Source of the DNA: Chiloscyllium plagiosum
Taxonomy: Eukaryota
Direction of reading: 5' to 3'
Assembly (NCBI RefSeq): GCF_004010195.1
Contig: NC_057728.1
Coordinates: 50,860,048 to 50,924,047 of the forward strand
Length of the DNA: 64,000 nucleotides
The position numbers and the translations under genes are program-made. Of this stretch, positions 1-12,334 are shown piece by piece. The notes under the pieces were generated by a model, which was given only the letters and a program-made list of their open reading frames with translations, made no database searches and had not been told where the DNA came from. Numbering within the stretch: the first letter of the stretch is position 1; each line of letters begins with the position of its first letter.

Positions 1-38
1 GGGGGCGGCCGGGGCAGGCGGGGGGAGGCTCCCGGAGA

Positions 39-301
39 CCGACAGCGAGACTTGCGGAGAGCACGGGGACTGAGCTGACCCCCGGGCGGAGCCGCTGCTG
101 CCCGCCCGGCTCTCGGTTCGTACCTCGGCGCTGTCGCTCTCGGTGATTCTAGCCGCCCGCGGAGGAGGCCCGACAGCGAGACTTGCGGAGAGCACGGGGA
201 CTGAGCTGACCCCCGGGCGGAGCCGCTGCTGCCCGCCCGGCTCTCGGTTCGTACCTCGGCGCTGTCGCTCTCGGTGATTCTAGCCGCCCGGCGGAGGAGG
301 C
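39..301. repeat. Two-copy tandem duplication (39-169 and 170-301)
   Basis: Copies are identical except for one extra G in the right copy (cccgcggagg vs cccggcggagg). Confidence 0.95.
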
Positions 302-326
302 AGCGGCTCGAGTGTTTGGTTCCCAT
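255..326 (-). CDS. PRMT8: PRMT8 (protein arginine N-methyltransferase 8), first coding exon; gene continues left beyond the window
   Basis: Minus-strand ATG at 326 reads MGTKHSSRCLLRRAARITESDSAE (72 nt), then a phase-0 donor GAG|GTACGA at 254. Closely matches the recalled mammalian PRMT8 exon 1 (MGMKHSSRCLLLRRKMAENAAESTE) with an MGxxxS myristoylation motif. Lies in a CpG island, head-to-head with TSPAN11. Absent from the ORF track because the frame stays open to the window edge. Confidence 0.9.
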
Positions 327-476
327 CAGCGTGAGGGTCCACCCGGGAGCGGCTCCGGTACCGGCAGCTCCCCCCTTGCTCCGTTCCCGGCACCTCCGCC
401 GCTGCGGCTCCCGCTCTTGGATCAGGGCGAGTGGAATCTCGGGTCCGCCCCCCGCTCCCTCCACATGTCGCTGAGG

Positions 477-494
477 GAGAGAGAGAGAGAGAGA
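477..494. repeat. (GA)9 microsatellite
   Basis: Read directly from the sequence. Confidence 0.9.
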
Positions 495-539
495 AACTGA
501 GAAACTTCTCAGACTGGCCAGCCCTCCTGGACCTCAGGA

Positions 540-1060
540 CCCTCCCCAGAATGATGACAGAGCCCCTCCCGCCCTACAGCGCAGAGCCCACCCCAATAAC
601 ACAGACACACCCCTCCCCAAAACACCGACCCTCTCCCGAAATCCAAACCCTCGCAAAAAACAGCCTGAAGCCTCCCCACAATCCAGAGACATGAACCCCC
701 TCCTCAAACACAGATGACTCCCCCATCCTCAGCCCTTCCCAAAATGCAAACCGCTCCCCTGAGCCCAGCTCTCTACAAATCCAGACCTTAAACCCGCCCA
801 GTCTCCTGGTGACAGTCCAGTCCAGAATACCCCAATCACAAGCAGCTCAAACGCAAAACTCTGAAACACCAGATCAAGGTATAGACAACCTCTAACCCAG
901 TTCTGACCCAATCCACCAGAGCTCAGACACCAGACTGGACTAGATGCCCCACTCAGTTCAGATCTCAGACACTGCTCCTCAGCCCCAAACTGAGGTACCA
1001 GGTTCCCACACCCCCTCAGATCACAGAGCCTAGAGCACAGCCTGAGACCACCATCCACAA
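540..1060. repeat. C-rich degenerate low-complexity region upstream of PRMT8
   Basis: Recurrent cagagccc/cagacac/ccctcccc motifs with strong C/A skew. Confidence 0.4.
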
Positions 1061-1628
1061 GAGCAAATTGGTTTCATCCTTGTCACCATTTACCAGGTGG
1101 AGTCATACTTAGTACAAAGGAAAATGTTGGGATGTGAGTATTCATTGGATCTTCATTACTCCCCATTGCCACAATCACTAATTATAAAGATCCTGGTGGT
1201 CACCATTGACCTGAAATGGAACTAGACTTGTTATATAAATAACGTAGCTACAAGCGCAGATCAGAGGCTGGGCATTGTGACTCTTTGAACCACACTTAAG
1301 AAGCTGGAGCCATTCGGAAACATAACATGTTGTTACGATGTTAAACTCGTAAGCCAACGGGCTGGTCTAATCACTCAGAAAGTACACATTTGAAATGGCA
1401 ACAGAGGAGTTTAAATTCAGTTAATTAATTAAACATTGAATCAAAAACTCAATTCAGTAGTGGTGACCATGTACCAATGATATTGTAAGTAATTCCAAGC
1501 TGACTCACTCATTTTGTTTTGAGCAGGAATTCGCTGCTATCTACTTTGATACCCACTTTCAATATTATAAACATTCCACTGGCTACTTGTTTACAACACA
1601 AAGTAGCTTGAACTGTATAACCAGTAAT

Positions 1629-1958
1629 CATAGAATCCCTACAGCAAGGAAGCAGGCTATTCAGTCCATCAAATGCACACCAACCCTCTGAAGAGCATCC
1701 TACCCAGACCCACCCTATTCCTGTAACCTTGCATTTTCCATGGCTAATCCAACTAGCCTGGGCACTCTGGTCAATTTAACATGGCCAATCCACCTAACCT
1801 TCACATCTTTGGACTGTGAGAGGAAATTGGAGCACCCGGAGGAAACACAGGGAGAACATGCAAACTCCACACAGACCGTTGTCTGAGGGTGGAATCAAAC
1901 CCAGGTCCCTGGTGGTGTGAGAGAGAGCAGTGCTAACCACTGAGCCACCATGCCACCC
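1629..1958 (-). mobile_element. HE1-type tRNA-derived SINE
   Basis: Minus strand begins GGGTGGCATGGTGGCTCAGTGGTTAGCAC (A box), has a GGTTTGATTCC B box and a conserved core (CCAAAGATGTG), and ends in a CR1-like tail (...CTGTAGGGATTCTATG). Confidence 0.85.
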
Positions 1959-3261
1959 AATTGTACATTATTTAAACTTGTTTTTGTTAAGTAAAACTAA
2001 CTCCCAAGAGGCTTCACAAGAACATTGTGAAGCAAAATCTAACATGCAGTTTGTGTGAAAAATAATTAGGACAAATGACTAAAGATTTAGGTAGAAGAAT
2101 TTGCTACCAAGGAGTGTTGTAAGGGATAGGAGGGAGGTAAAGAGGTAGAGCGCTTAGAGAGGGAATTCCAAACTCAGGGCGCAGGCACCTGAAGGCACAG
2201 CACAATGGTGGAGTGATTAAAAACTGCGATGCATAAGAGATCAGTATTACGGGAAAGCAGAGATTGCCAAGGTTTGCACAGGTTACAGGAGATTAAAGAG
2301 TTAGCAAGAGGTGAAATTTTAGAGGGACTTGCAAGCAAGGGTAACAATTTTTAAAATCAAGGTGCTGAGAGGAGTGCGGTCTGTGGGCTATCGTTGCCAT
2401 GTAGTATAGAAGTGGAGCAACAATCCTTTTCTTGATGACTTTCCAGTGGCCACGTTTCCCAGTTTTCGTCCGGAATGGTTTTGACTTCTGCTGCAAAACA
2501 TAGTAAAGAAATGGTGGATGTTGTTTAACAGAGGAGATTGAGACATAGGAGCAGTATTCCAAACAAAGTCAGGAGCGTACAATGCAATCACCAGAAAAAA
2601 ATCACCTCAGCATTGAAAGTGCTTGAGGCGAAATATCTTCAATTAATTGTTTTAAAGAAAAGAAAATTCAGAATAAATATTAAGAAGTTAAAAACCTTCC
2701 AAAGGGAACATAACTGAAGGGGCTATAGTCACAATGGTATCAAGACAGGGATGACAAGAGGTTCAACCAGGATGAGGTGTTCAAAGTCAGCAACTATATT
2801 CTACATGGAGTAGAAATGTAACAAGGCTCAGGTCTATGCAATCAGCAAACAATGTTTCTGTGTATTTAATGAGATACTAGCCCATTTAGCAGCATTGAGT
2901 TAACATTTAATTATGTTCCCAGTAAATGGTGTGGCATGGGGTGTGCCAAAGAACAGTCATATTGGACTTGGATTGTTAACTCTCTTTATAGTTGCTGAGT
3001 TTCTCCAAGTCTCTGATTTTATTTCAGAGCTCCAATATCTGCATTATTTTGGCGTGGTACCTGCTGAGCTTTGGATCCACTTCTCAGGCAGTGCAGGAAC
3101 AAAGCTTCAAGCTGCCTACTGGGATCATTCTAAAATTACCCAGTTATCTATGGTTACAAAAGGCAAAATAATGCATAATGGAAAGTTGACATAGAAACAA
3201 AGGAAAAACACTACACTCAGTATTTGTAGAGGGAGAAAATAAGTTAATGTTTCAGCGCTGT

Positions 3262-3790
3262 GAACTGTAGGCCTCAACTTAGGAAGGATATATTGGTCTT
3301 GGAGGAAAGACAATGTGAGTTTACAAGAATGATACTTTGACTTCAGGGGTTAAGGTATGAGGGGAGATTACACAAATTAGGTATATTTTTTTCTGCAAGT
3401 TAGAAGTTTAAGGGGTGATCTGATTGAAGTCTTCAAGACATTAACAGGAAAGGATAGGGTAGATAAAGGTAAACTATTTCCCCTGATTGGGGAATCTAGA
3501 ACTAAGGGACAAGGTCTAAACATTTGGTGCCAGACTGTTCAGGAGAGATGTTAGGAAGACTTGTTGAAACAAAAGGTTATAGAGGCTTGAACTGACTTCA
3601 ACAAATGGCAATTGATGCTCCATCAGCTATTACTTTTAAATCTGACATAGGTTTCTTTTTGTTAAGCAAAGGTGTAAAGGGATATGGGCCAAAGGCAGAT
3701 ATATGGAGTTAGGCCACAAATCAACCATGATCTCACTGAATGGTGGCACAGGCTCAATGGGCCAAATGGCCTATTCCTGTTCCTATGTTT
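3262..3790 (+). mobile_element. CR1-like LINE 3' fragment (old)
   Basis: Degenerate ORF2 C-terminus (RRLRGDLIEVFK-like) and 3' tail ...tggcctattcctgttcctatg. Confidence 0.7.
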
Positions 3791-4129
3791 TGATTAAACG
3801 AAACAGAGGATGTGGAGGAAGAATAAAGCAAAGGAGTGTAATGGGGTAGGGTAGGAGATTTTAAATGAGGAAAAGTTTCACAGAGCGTAATCAAAAGGGC
3901 ACGCTAATGGGATAAGTCAAAGAAAAACATGTCGAGAGGAGGCACATGGCAGGATATCAGTCATCCAAACACCAAGCGAAGGAATAAAACGAGATGAGAA
4001 AGTTACAGATCCAAAGCAACAATAATGAAGGCAGAGATTATGATCTAAAATTGTTTAAGTGAATATTGAAGGCAGTACAAGGCCCAGTCAAAATGTAAAG
4101 TTTTTGAAAACTTTAGCAACAACATGACT

Positions 4130-4740
4130 AATGCTCCCTCCTGACAGTGTCTGTTAACTACCTATCACATAAATCAGAACTTCAGTGCTGCTGCGGTGTC
4201 AGCTATGTAAGCTGGACATCCCAAAGACTGGTGAACCACATCAAGCAGTATGTCCCTTCAGTTGTTCACAACAAGCAAGGTGCTGGTCATATGTAGCCAC
4301 TTTACATTTGCAAAACATACAATGTGGTGACCAACATTAGACAAGCAATTGGACAGCATTTGTTGGATAATCCTGAATGTACAAAGAATTACTCTGACCA
4401 TAATTTATAATTATCAATTGGGCTCACAGACTGGCATGCTTGTGCATACTAGAAACTATATATATTAATATACACAGCCCTGTTCTTTCCAGTCAGAAAG
4501 AGCATATAAACATGCACTTCACTGTTCATTTCTTAGGGCAATGCCCTGACAATCAAAGTCAACTTGCCTGATTTTAAATTTAAACAAATCCTGGCCACCA
4601 TCAATCAACATTTAAGAATGCATTCTCCTTGGCAACACCTTTGCCAAACAGAGTCCACTTGCCAACCAATCAACACTCTCTGTTCATGGATAACCCTGAC
4701 TTTGTATTCTTGCGAAATATCCAAATGAGTGCAAGATGAA
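4130..4740 (+). mobile_element. Penelope-like element remnant (GIY-YIG endonuclease region plus terminus); resumes at 7237-7270 after the CR1 insertion
   Basis: Translates as FQCCCGVSYVSWTSQRLVNHIKQYVP...AIGQHLLDNPECTKNY...ILETIYIN, resembling the PLE GIY-YIG C-terminal region. A related copy lies at 37700-38215. Confidence 0.65.
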
Positions 4741-4741
4741 C

Positions 4742-4968
4742 AGAGTCATAAAGATGTACAGCATGGAATCAGACTCTTCGGTCCAACCCATCCATTGGCC
4801 AACCAGATATCTCAACCCAATCTAGCCAGCCAGCACCTGGCCCATATCTGTCCAAACCCTTCCTATTCATATACCCATCCAAATGCCTTTTAAATGTTGC
4901 AATTGTGCCAGCCTCTACCACTTCCTCTGGCAGCTTATTCCATACACGTACCACCCTCTGCATGAAAA
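4742..4968 (-). mobile_element. CR1 LINE 3' end (ORF2 end plus 3'UTR), opposite orientation to the adjacent body
   Basis: QRVVRVWNKLPEEVVEAGTIATFKRHLDGYM and the tail motif match the 3' ends at 23647 and 28010. Confidence 0.9.
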
Positions 4969-7236
4969 TAGGATGGTTATGGTAGGGGATTTTAACTTTC
5001 CAAACACAGACTGGGACTGCCATAGTGTTAAGGGTTTAGATGGAGAGGAATTTGTTAAGTGTGTACAAGAAAACTTTCTGATTCAGTATGTGGATGTACC
5101 TACTAGAGAAGGTGCAAACCTTGACCTACTCTTGGGAAATAAGGCAGGGCAGGTGATTGAGGTGTCAGTGGGGGAGCACTTTGGGGCCAGTGACCATAAT
5201 TCTTTTCGATTTAAAATAGTGATGGAAAAGGATAGACCAGATCTAAAAATTGAAGTTCTAAATTGGAGAAAGGTCAATTTTGACAGTATTAAGTAAGAAC
5301 TTTCAAAAACTTACTGGGGGCAAATGTTCGCAAGTAAAGGGATGGCTGGAAAATGGGAAGCCTTCAGAAATGAGATAGCGATAATCCAGAGAAAATATAT
5401 TCCTGTTAGGGTGAAAGGAAAGAGTGGTAAGAATGGGGAATGCTGGATGACAAAAAAATTGAGGGTTTGGTTAAGAAAAAGAAGGAAGCATATGTCAGGT
5501 ATAGACAGGATAGATCGAGTGAATCCTTAGAAGAGTATAAAGGCAGTAGGAGTATACTTAAGAGGGAAATCAGGAGGGCAAAAAGGGGATATGAGATAGC
5601 TTTGGCAAATAGAATTAAGGAGAATCCAAAGGGTTTTTACAAATATATTAAGGACCAAAGGGTAACTAGCGAGAGAATAGGGCCCCTCAAAGATCAACAA
5701 GACGGCCTTTGCGTGGAGCTGCAGGAGATGGAGATGATACTAAACAAATATTTTGCATCAGTATTTACTGTGGAAAAGGACATGGAAGATATAGAATTTA
5801 AGGAAATAGAAGTTGACACCTTGAAAACTGTCTATATTACAGAGGAGGAAGTGCTGGATGTCTTGAAATGCACAAAGGTGAATAAATCCCCAGGACCTGA
5901 TCAGGTGTACCCTAGAACACTGTGGGAAGCTAGAGAAGTGATTGCTGGGCCTCTTGCTGAGATATTTGTATCATCGATAGTCACAGGTGAGGTGTCAGAA
6001 GACTAGAGGTTGGCTAACATGGTGCCACTGTTTAAGAAGGGTGGTAAGGACAAGCCAGGGAACTATAGACCAGTGAGCCTGACGTCAGTGGTGGGCAAGT
6101 TGTTGGAGGGAATCCTGGGGGACAGGATGTACATGTATTTGGGAAGGCAAGGACCGATTAGGGATAGTCAGCATGGCTTTGTGCATGGGAAATCATGTCT
6201 CACAAACTTGATTGAGTTTTTTGAAGAAGTAACAAAGAGAAATGATGAAGGTTGATGTGATGTATATGGACTTCAGTAAGGCGTTCGACAAGGTTAACAT
6301 GGGAGACTGGTGAGCAAGGTTAGATCTCATGCAATATGGAGAGAACTCGCCATTTGAATACAGAACTGGCTCAAAGGTAGAAGACAGCGGGAGGTAGTGG
6401 AGGGTTGTTTTTCAGACTGGAGGCCTGTGACCAGTGGAGTGCCACAAGGATCAGTGCTGAGGCCTCTACTTTTCGTCATTTATATAAATGATTGGGATGT
6501 GAGCATAAGAGGTACAGTTAGTAAGCTTGCAGATGACACCAAAATTGGAGGTGTAGTGGACAGCGAAGAGGGTTACCTCAGATTACAACTGGACCTTGAT
6601 CAGATAGGCCAATAGGCTGAGAAGTGGCAGATGGAGTTTAATTCAGATAAATGCAAGGTGCTGCATATTGGGAAAGCAAATCTTAGCTAGATCTCGGGAG
6701 TGTTGCTGATCAAAGAGACCTTGGAGTGCAGGTTCATATTTCCTTTAAAATGGAGTTGCAGGTAGATAGGATAGTGAAGAAGGCATTTGGTATGCTTTCC
6801 TTTATCGATCAGAGTATTGAGTACAGGAGTTGGGAGGTCATGTTGCATCTATACAGAACATTGGTTAGACCACTGTTGGAATATTGCATGCAATTCTGGT
6901 CTCCTTCCTATCAAAAAGATGTTGTGAAACTTGAAAGGGTTCAGAAAAGATTTACAAGAATGTTGCCTGGTTTGGAAGATTTGAGCTACAGGGAGAGACT
7001 GAACAGGCTGGGGCCGTTTTCCCTGGAGCGTTGGAGGCTGAGGGGTGACATTAGAGAGTTTTACAAAATTATGAGGGGCATGGATAGGATAAATAAACAA
7101 AGTCTTTTCTCTGGGGTGGAGGAGTCCAGAACTAGAGGGGATAGGTTTAGGATGAAAGATATAAAAGAGCCCTAAGGGGCAACTTTTGTACGTGTATGGA
7201 ATGAGCTGCCAGAGGAAGTGGTGGATGCTGGTACAA
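4964..7236 (+). mobile_element. CR1 LINE ORF2 pseudogene (partial APE endonuclease plus RT), 5'-truncated
   Basis: ORF fragments contain VGDFNFP, LDLLL, SDHN (endonuclease) and SPGPD, NYRPVSLTSV, QHGF, GVPQGSVL, LADDTK (RT), with several stops and frameshifts. Confidence 0.95.
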
Positions 7237-9687
7237 AAGCTTTGACAAAATGTGTCCTTTCTCAGCAATACTGAATCTTCAGCAAATTAGTGCCAATATT
7301 ATGAAACAATTACATTAATACAAGTTAGTACTACTGTATGGCCAAGTCCACTAGTGAATTTAATTCCTTTTGAATTTCCTTTAATTCAACCTAATCCATG
7401 CATATCTGTCAACAATAGGTGAACAGGCTGTGTCTTCTTTCTCTTGAAAGGAGAAAATTGAGGGGTGACCTAATAGAGGGCTTTAAAACTGTGAAATGCT
7501 TTGACAGAGTAGATCCAGCAAAGGTGTTTCCCTTTTGTTGGGAAGAGCAAAACTGGAGACCAGCAATCCGAAGTAGTGACCGAGAAACCAGAGACAAACT
7601 TATTTGTCTGGAATGTGTTGAGAATGTGAAACTCACTAGCATGGGAACTGGTGAAATAAATAGTATAGATAGGTTTTAGAGGTAGATAGATAAGCAATAA
7701 AGGGTTATAATGATCGATTTAGATAGGAAAGATGTTGACAGTGCTTGAATAGAATATAAATGTCAATATATGTTGTAATGGCCTTTATCTGTAATCCTGC
7801 GTGATTAGATTTTGGTCTCATTTGCAAATTTGCTCACCATATGTCCAACATATTCATAAATAATTATATCATGAATAAAGTCTATGAAAATCTGTGGCTG
7901 TAAATTTGTTCCTGGAGATACCACTGGTAACATTTCTTCAAGATGAACAAACTCTGTAAAACTAAAAGGTTCTGGATGTGATTAAAGCTTATTTCTAACC
8001 AGTATTTCTACTCCTTAGTAATGTTGCATGATTCTACCTTGTGATCTAACCACCTAGTGAAAGGAACCTGAACAACCGTTTTCTAAAAGTCTGGCTCACT
8101 GTCGCCCATAATCTCACACCCTGGTGAAAATCGAATCGGTTTGGCAGAATCTAATTCTTTGGGGAGACTTTCCAATTCCCCTTTGCATTTCCCAATGATC
8201 ATAAAAGATATCGCTTATTATCCACCTCACATCTCAGTAATTGATATCAGGCTGATAGACCTGCGTTTTCCCGATTCCAACTTTTTCATTTCATAGTAAC
8301 CACATCAGGTAGCTTTCTGTCTCAGGGAACATGTTATGATTTATCAAACTGTTGAAGATATGGGAAAAAGGCACACACAGCATCTGTTCATCCTCTTAAT
8401 CTGCTCAAATGAAGATTATTCCAGACCTTGAGCCCTAATCTTTTCAGTAATTTCTAATACACATGAGTGTGCCACTCTGAGAGCTCAACTAACAATTATA
8501 AAGATTAGGCTCAAATGAAAAAGGTTACATTTCTATCTAATTTATTAATAATGCAATACAAAGTAATCCTCAGATGCAGCATAAACATCATCTACAGGAG
8601 TACAGACTGATAAATACTCACTTACCAGCTCCGCTATAACTTGAGCATCAGCTTGATTTAGTCCTGAAGCAACCTTTAGTGACCAGATTCAGTTTTTAAT
8701 GCTCTTCTCACAACAGCTTTACAAAGCCTTTGCTTTCCTGTTACAATCTATAGACTGCTTCAATCTTCTTGGCTAACCTTCTGCCTTTACTTTTCACCTC
8801 AATTGCATGTAATCATTTTCCTTGGTTGTCCTGTGGGGTTGCTTTTGCGAATACATCCTGTTATGATTGGATTTGTGTTTGTACATTCTTTCTCAACCCT
8901 TAATGATATTGCTTTACTGTTAGATGGGATTATGCGTAATGTATATCACAAAAACAAACCATTTTACCCAACCATTTGTATTTCCTCTGATTTTTTTCCT
9001 CATCAAATCTTTTATTCCCTTCTTCTTCATACAGATTTATCTGAATTGTTTCCATACTATTCACTTCAACCAGTTTCTGTGGGAGCAAGTTCCACATTCT
9101 CACCACTCTATAGTGAATAAATTTTTTCTGAGTTCCTTCTTAAATTTTTTCATCTTATATAGAGGTGTCAGGTCACAGAATTGTTACAGTGCAGAAAACG
9201 GCCATTCAGCCATCTTGTTTGTGCTAGCTCCTTGAGCATTTTAACATATTGCCATTCTCCTACCTTTTCCTCATAATCTTGTCCAATATTTCTATACAAA
9301 TAATCACCTATAGGCTCTTAAATGCCTGAATTAAACCAACCTCTGTCACACTTCCAGGCAGTGCATGCAGAACATAGCTATTTGCAGTGTTGAAAGGTTT
9401 TATCTCATTTGCTACTTTTGGAAACATTTTAAAACTGTGCCCTCTAGTTCTCAATCCTGTCATAAGCAGTTACAGTTTCTCCTTATCTACTCCCTTCAGA
9501 TCCTCTTAATTTTGAAAAGTTTAATTATATCTTCCCTCAGTCTTCTCCCCTCTATTCAAAACAATCCCAACTTCTATCATCATAACTGACAATTCTTTTC
9601 CCTGGAACCATTCTTGTAAACCGTCTCTGCACTCTCTTCAATGCATTCACATCCTTCCTAAAGTGTTGTGTCCAGAACTTCGTTTTC

Positions 9688-10380
9688 TTTTTAATTGTGG
9701 GCGTGTGCATCACTGGCTGGTCAGTATTGATAGCCCATCCCTAGTTGCCCTGAGAAGGTGATGGTAAGCTGTCATCCTGAATGGCTGTAGTCCACATGCT
9801 GTGGGTTGACCCACATGCCATTAGGGAGGGAATTCCAGAATGTTGACCCAGTGACAGTGAAGGAACGGTGATATATTTCCAAGTCACGATAGTAAGTGGC
9901 TTGGAAGGGAACTTACAGGCGGTGGTATTCCCATTGTATCTGCTGCCCTTATCCTACCAGATGGTAGTTGTTTGTGGGTTTGGAAGGTGTTGTGTCATTA
10001 TCTTTGGTGAATTACTGCAGTGGAGAAAGTGAGCACTGCAGATGTTGAAGATCAGAGTCAAAGAGTGTGGTGCTGGAAAAGCACAGCTGGTCAGGCAGCA
10101 TCCGAGGAGCAGGGATAAGCCCTTCCTTCTCAATTTTGGCAGTGCATCTTTTAGTTTGTATACACTACTGCTACTGAGCATTGGTTTTGGAGGGTGTGGA
10201 TATTTGTGGATGTGGTGCCAATCAAGCGGGCTGCTTTGTCCTGGATAGTGTCAAGCTTCTTGAGTGTTATTGGAGCTGCACCCATCCAGGCAAGTGGGGA
10301 GTATTCTGTCACACTCCTGACATGTGCCTTGTAGATGGTTAACAGGCTTTGGGGAATCAGGAGGTGAGTTACTCACCATA
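9688..10380 (-). mobile_element. 3' fragment of a second LINE family, interrupted by a short Penelope terminus (~10022-10125)
   Basis: Reverse complement of the LINE 3' region at 44250-45245 with the same tail; the insert starts ggagaaagtgagcactgcagatg. Confidence 0.7.
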
Positions 10381-12150
10381 GCAGCTGTATACAATACTCC
10401 AACTGAGATCTAACCAGTGTCATATATAAATTCAGCATAACCTCCTAGTTCTCATACTCAACATCCCTATTAAAGAAGCCTAGAATATTTTGCGTTATTC
10501 TCAGATCTCTATACTTGTACTGCCACCTTTAATTACCTGTACACATATACATCAAGTCTTGTTGCTTCTGCACCCACTTGAGAACAGTACTCTTTATTTT
10601 CTACTGTCTCTCTATGTTCTTTGTACTATCACATCAACATCTTCACACTGATCCTCAGTTATGTCCTTTCCCACAAGAAACTCTGCTTCCACTCTATCAA
10701 AACCTTGCAGATTTTAAAAAAAATTGACACTTATTGTCCTTTCCTAATTGCCCAGAGTGTCGTTAAGAGGCAGCCACATTGCTGTGGATTTGGAGTCATT
10801 CCCCATTAAATAACCCATAGTTAATCAGGCATGTTTTTGTGACCACCAACAGTGGTTAGCAACCCTACTTTTCGATTCCACCCATTTAGAAATAAAACCT
10901 TGTACTTGATTTGGTTTTAAATGGCCTTGCTAATCTGTGGTGTGTCATTTGATTAGTTTATTTATATTCCAAGACCTCCATGTCCCATTTGTTCCTATAT
11001 AGTCACTTCCTACTATTCTGTTTACCTTCACATTTAGATATGTTAAACATAATTGCCAATTATTTACCCATTCGCAAATATATTAATGTCCTCTGGTAAT
11101 TTATTGTAATCCACAAAAATATTGACTATATCCTCCCTCTCCCCACCACATCCTCCTCTAATTTAGTGTCATCTGCAAATTTAGGGTATTGTGCTTTTGA
11201 TTCCAAAGTCCAAATTGCTAATGTAAGTTGTAAACAGCAGTGATCCCAACATTAATCCTGATGAAATACCATTTCCTACCTTTTACCACTCTAAATAACT
11301 ATTCTTTTATCCCATTCCTGATTTCAGTCTTCAAGTCACCTAGCAGTCAATGCAGTGACTTGTCCTCTGACACCATATACTCTAACTTAGCCTAACCTTA
11401 GTCTAACGTAATGTATTTGTCTATTATTGGGTACACTTCCAAAGGTTTTTGAACACCCAGATAAATTATATTTACCAAATCACCATCATTGATTCCCTTT
11501 GTTACCTCCTCAAAATAATCAACAGGTTTATGCAAGCACGGCTTTCCCTTTCAGAATTCATGCTGACTTTTCATTCGTATATTTTCTTCTATTTCAAGTT
11601 GTTCTCCTGTTCTCTTCTTTCGTAAGGATTGAATTATTTTCCTTCCATAATGTTAAGCTGCCTGATCCGTAATTCCCATTCATAAATACAGGAACCTTAT
11701 TAGCTATTCACAGTCCACAGGCCCTATTCCTTTCTTTAATTAATTATTAAAAGTAATTGTTAATGTCTCTGTTTGTGTCCCATAAAATCTTTTAAGAACA
11801 TGGCTATAATCCATGTAGACCAGAAGCCTTGCTCTCTGAGTTTGTTCGGTTTCTTCGATAACTTCCTGTTTTGATTTTTGATGTGAATTTGTTGCTCATC
11901 TTTTCGTTCAAGGTCATGTTGTCAACATGTTCCAGCTCCCTTGTAAATGTTGAAGTGAAATAATACTTAACGTTTCCACCATCTCTTTACCATTACCTGT
12001 GGTGTTATCCAATCTATCTCCTAATGGTCTTAATTCCATCACAGCTTTATTTTTTTTTAAATTTGACATATAACAGGTACTAATTTATTTAGTATTCCTT
12101 GATTATTTAAATTTATATTACCTATTTGACTTCCTAAATTTTTTAAACTC
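10380..12150 (-). mobile_element. Highly degenerate CR1-like RT remnants
   Basis: Reverse-strand FADDTK (gtgtcatctgcaaat) and SQHEF/GKPC-like motifs. Confidence 0.5.
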
Positions 12151-12334
12151 CTTTCATTATCTTTTCATTTTCTCTCTTATTATAGAGGACAGAGTAATAG
12201 AGATGCGCGGCATGGAAACAGACCCTTCGGTCCAATTCGTCATGTATGCTATCGGTATACATAATGTTTGCCTTGTTCCTAATTTTCAATTTTTTCCTTA
12301 TGTCTTTGTTCATTCATGGATTATATAAAACCAT

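Larger units (their letters stand above)
1..520. promoter_or_regulatory. CpG island covering the PRMT8 promoter, 5'UTR, exon 1 and start of intron 1
   Basis: Very GC- and CpG-rich relative to the AT-rich, CpG-depleted remainder; contains GC boxes (gggcgg/ccgccc). Confidence 0.8.

Noticed and set aside
274..694. Plus-strand ORFs in the CpG island
   Set aside because: Chance ORFs in GC-rich DNA with no recognisable motifs; the real exon is on the minus strand.
4883..7175. Long ORFs as an active retrotransposon or host gene
   Set aside because: Fragmented by stops and frameshifts and 5'-truncated; a dead CR1 copy.
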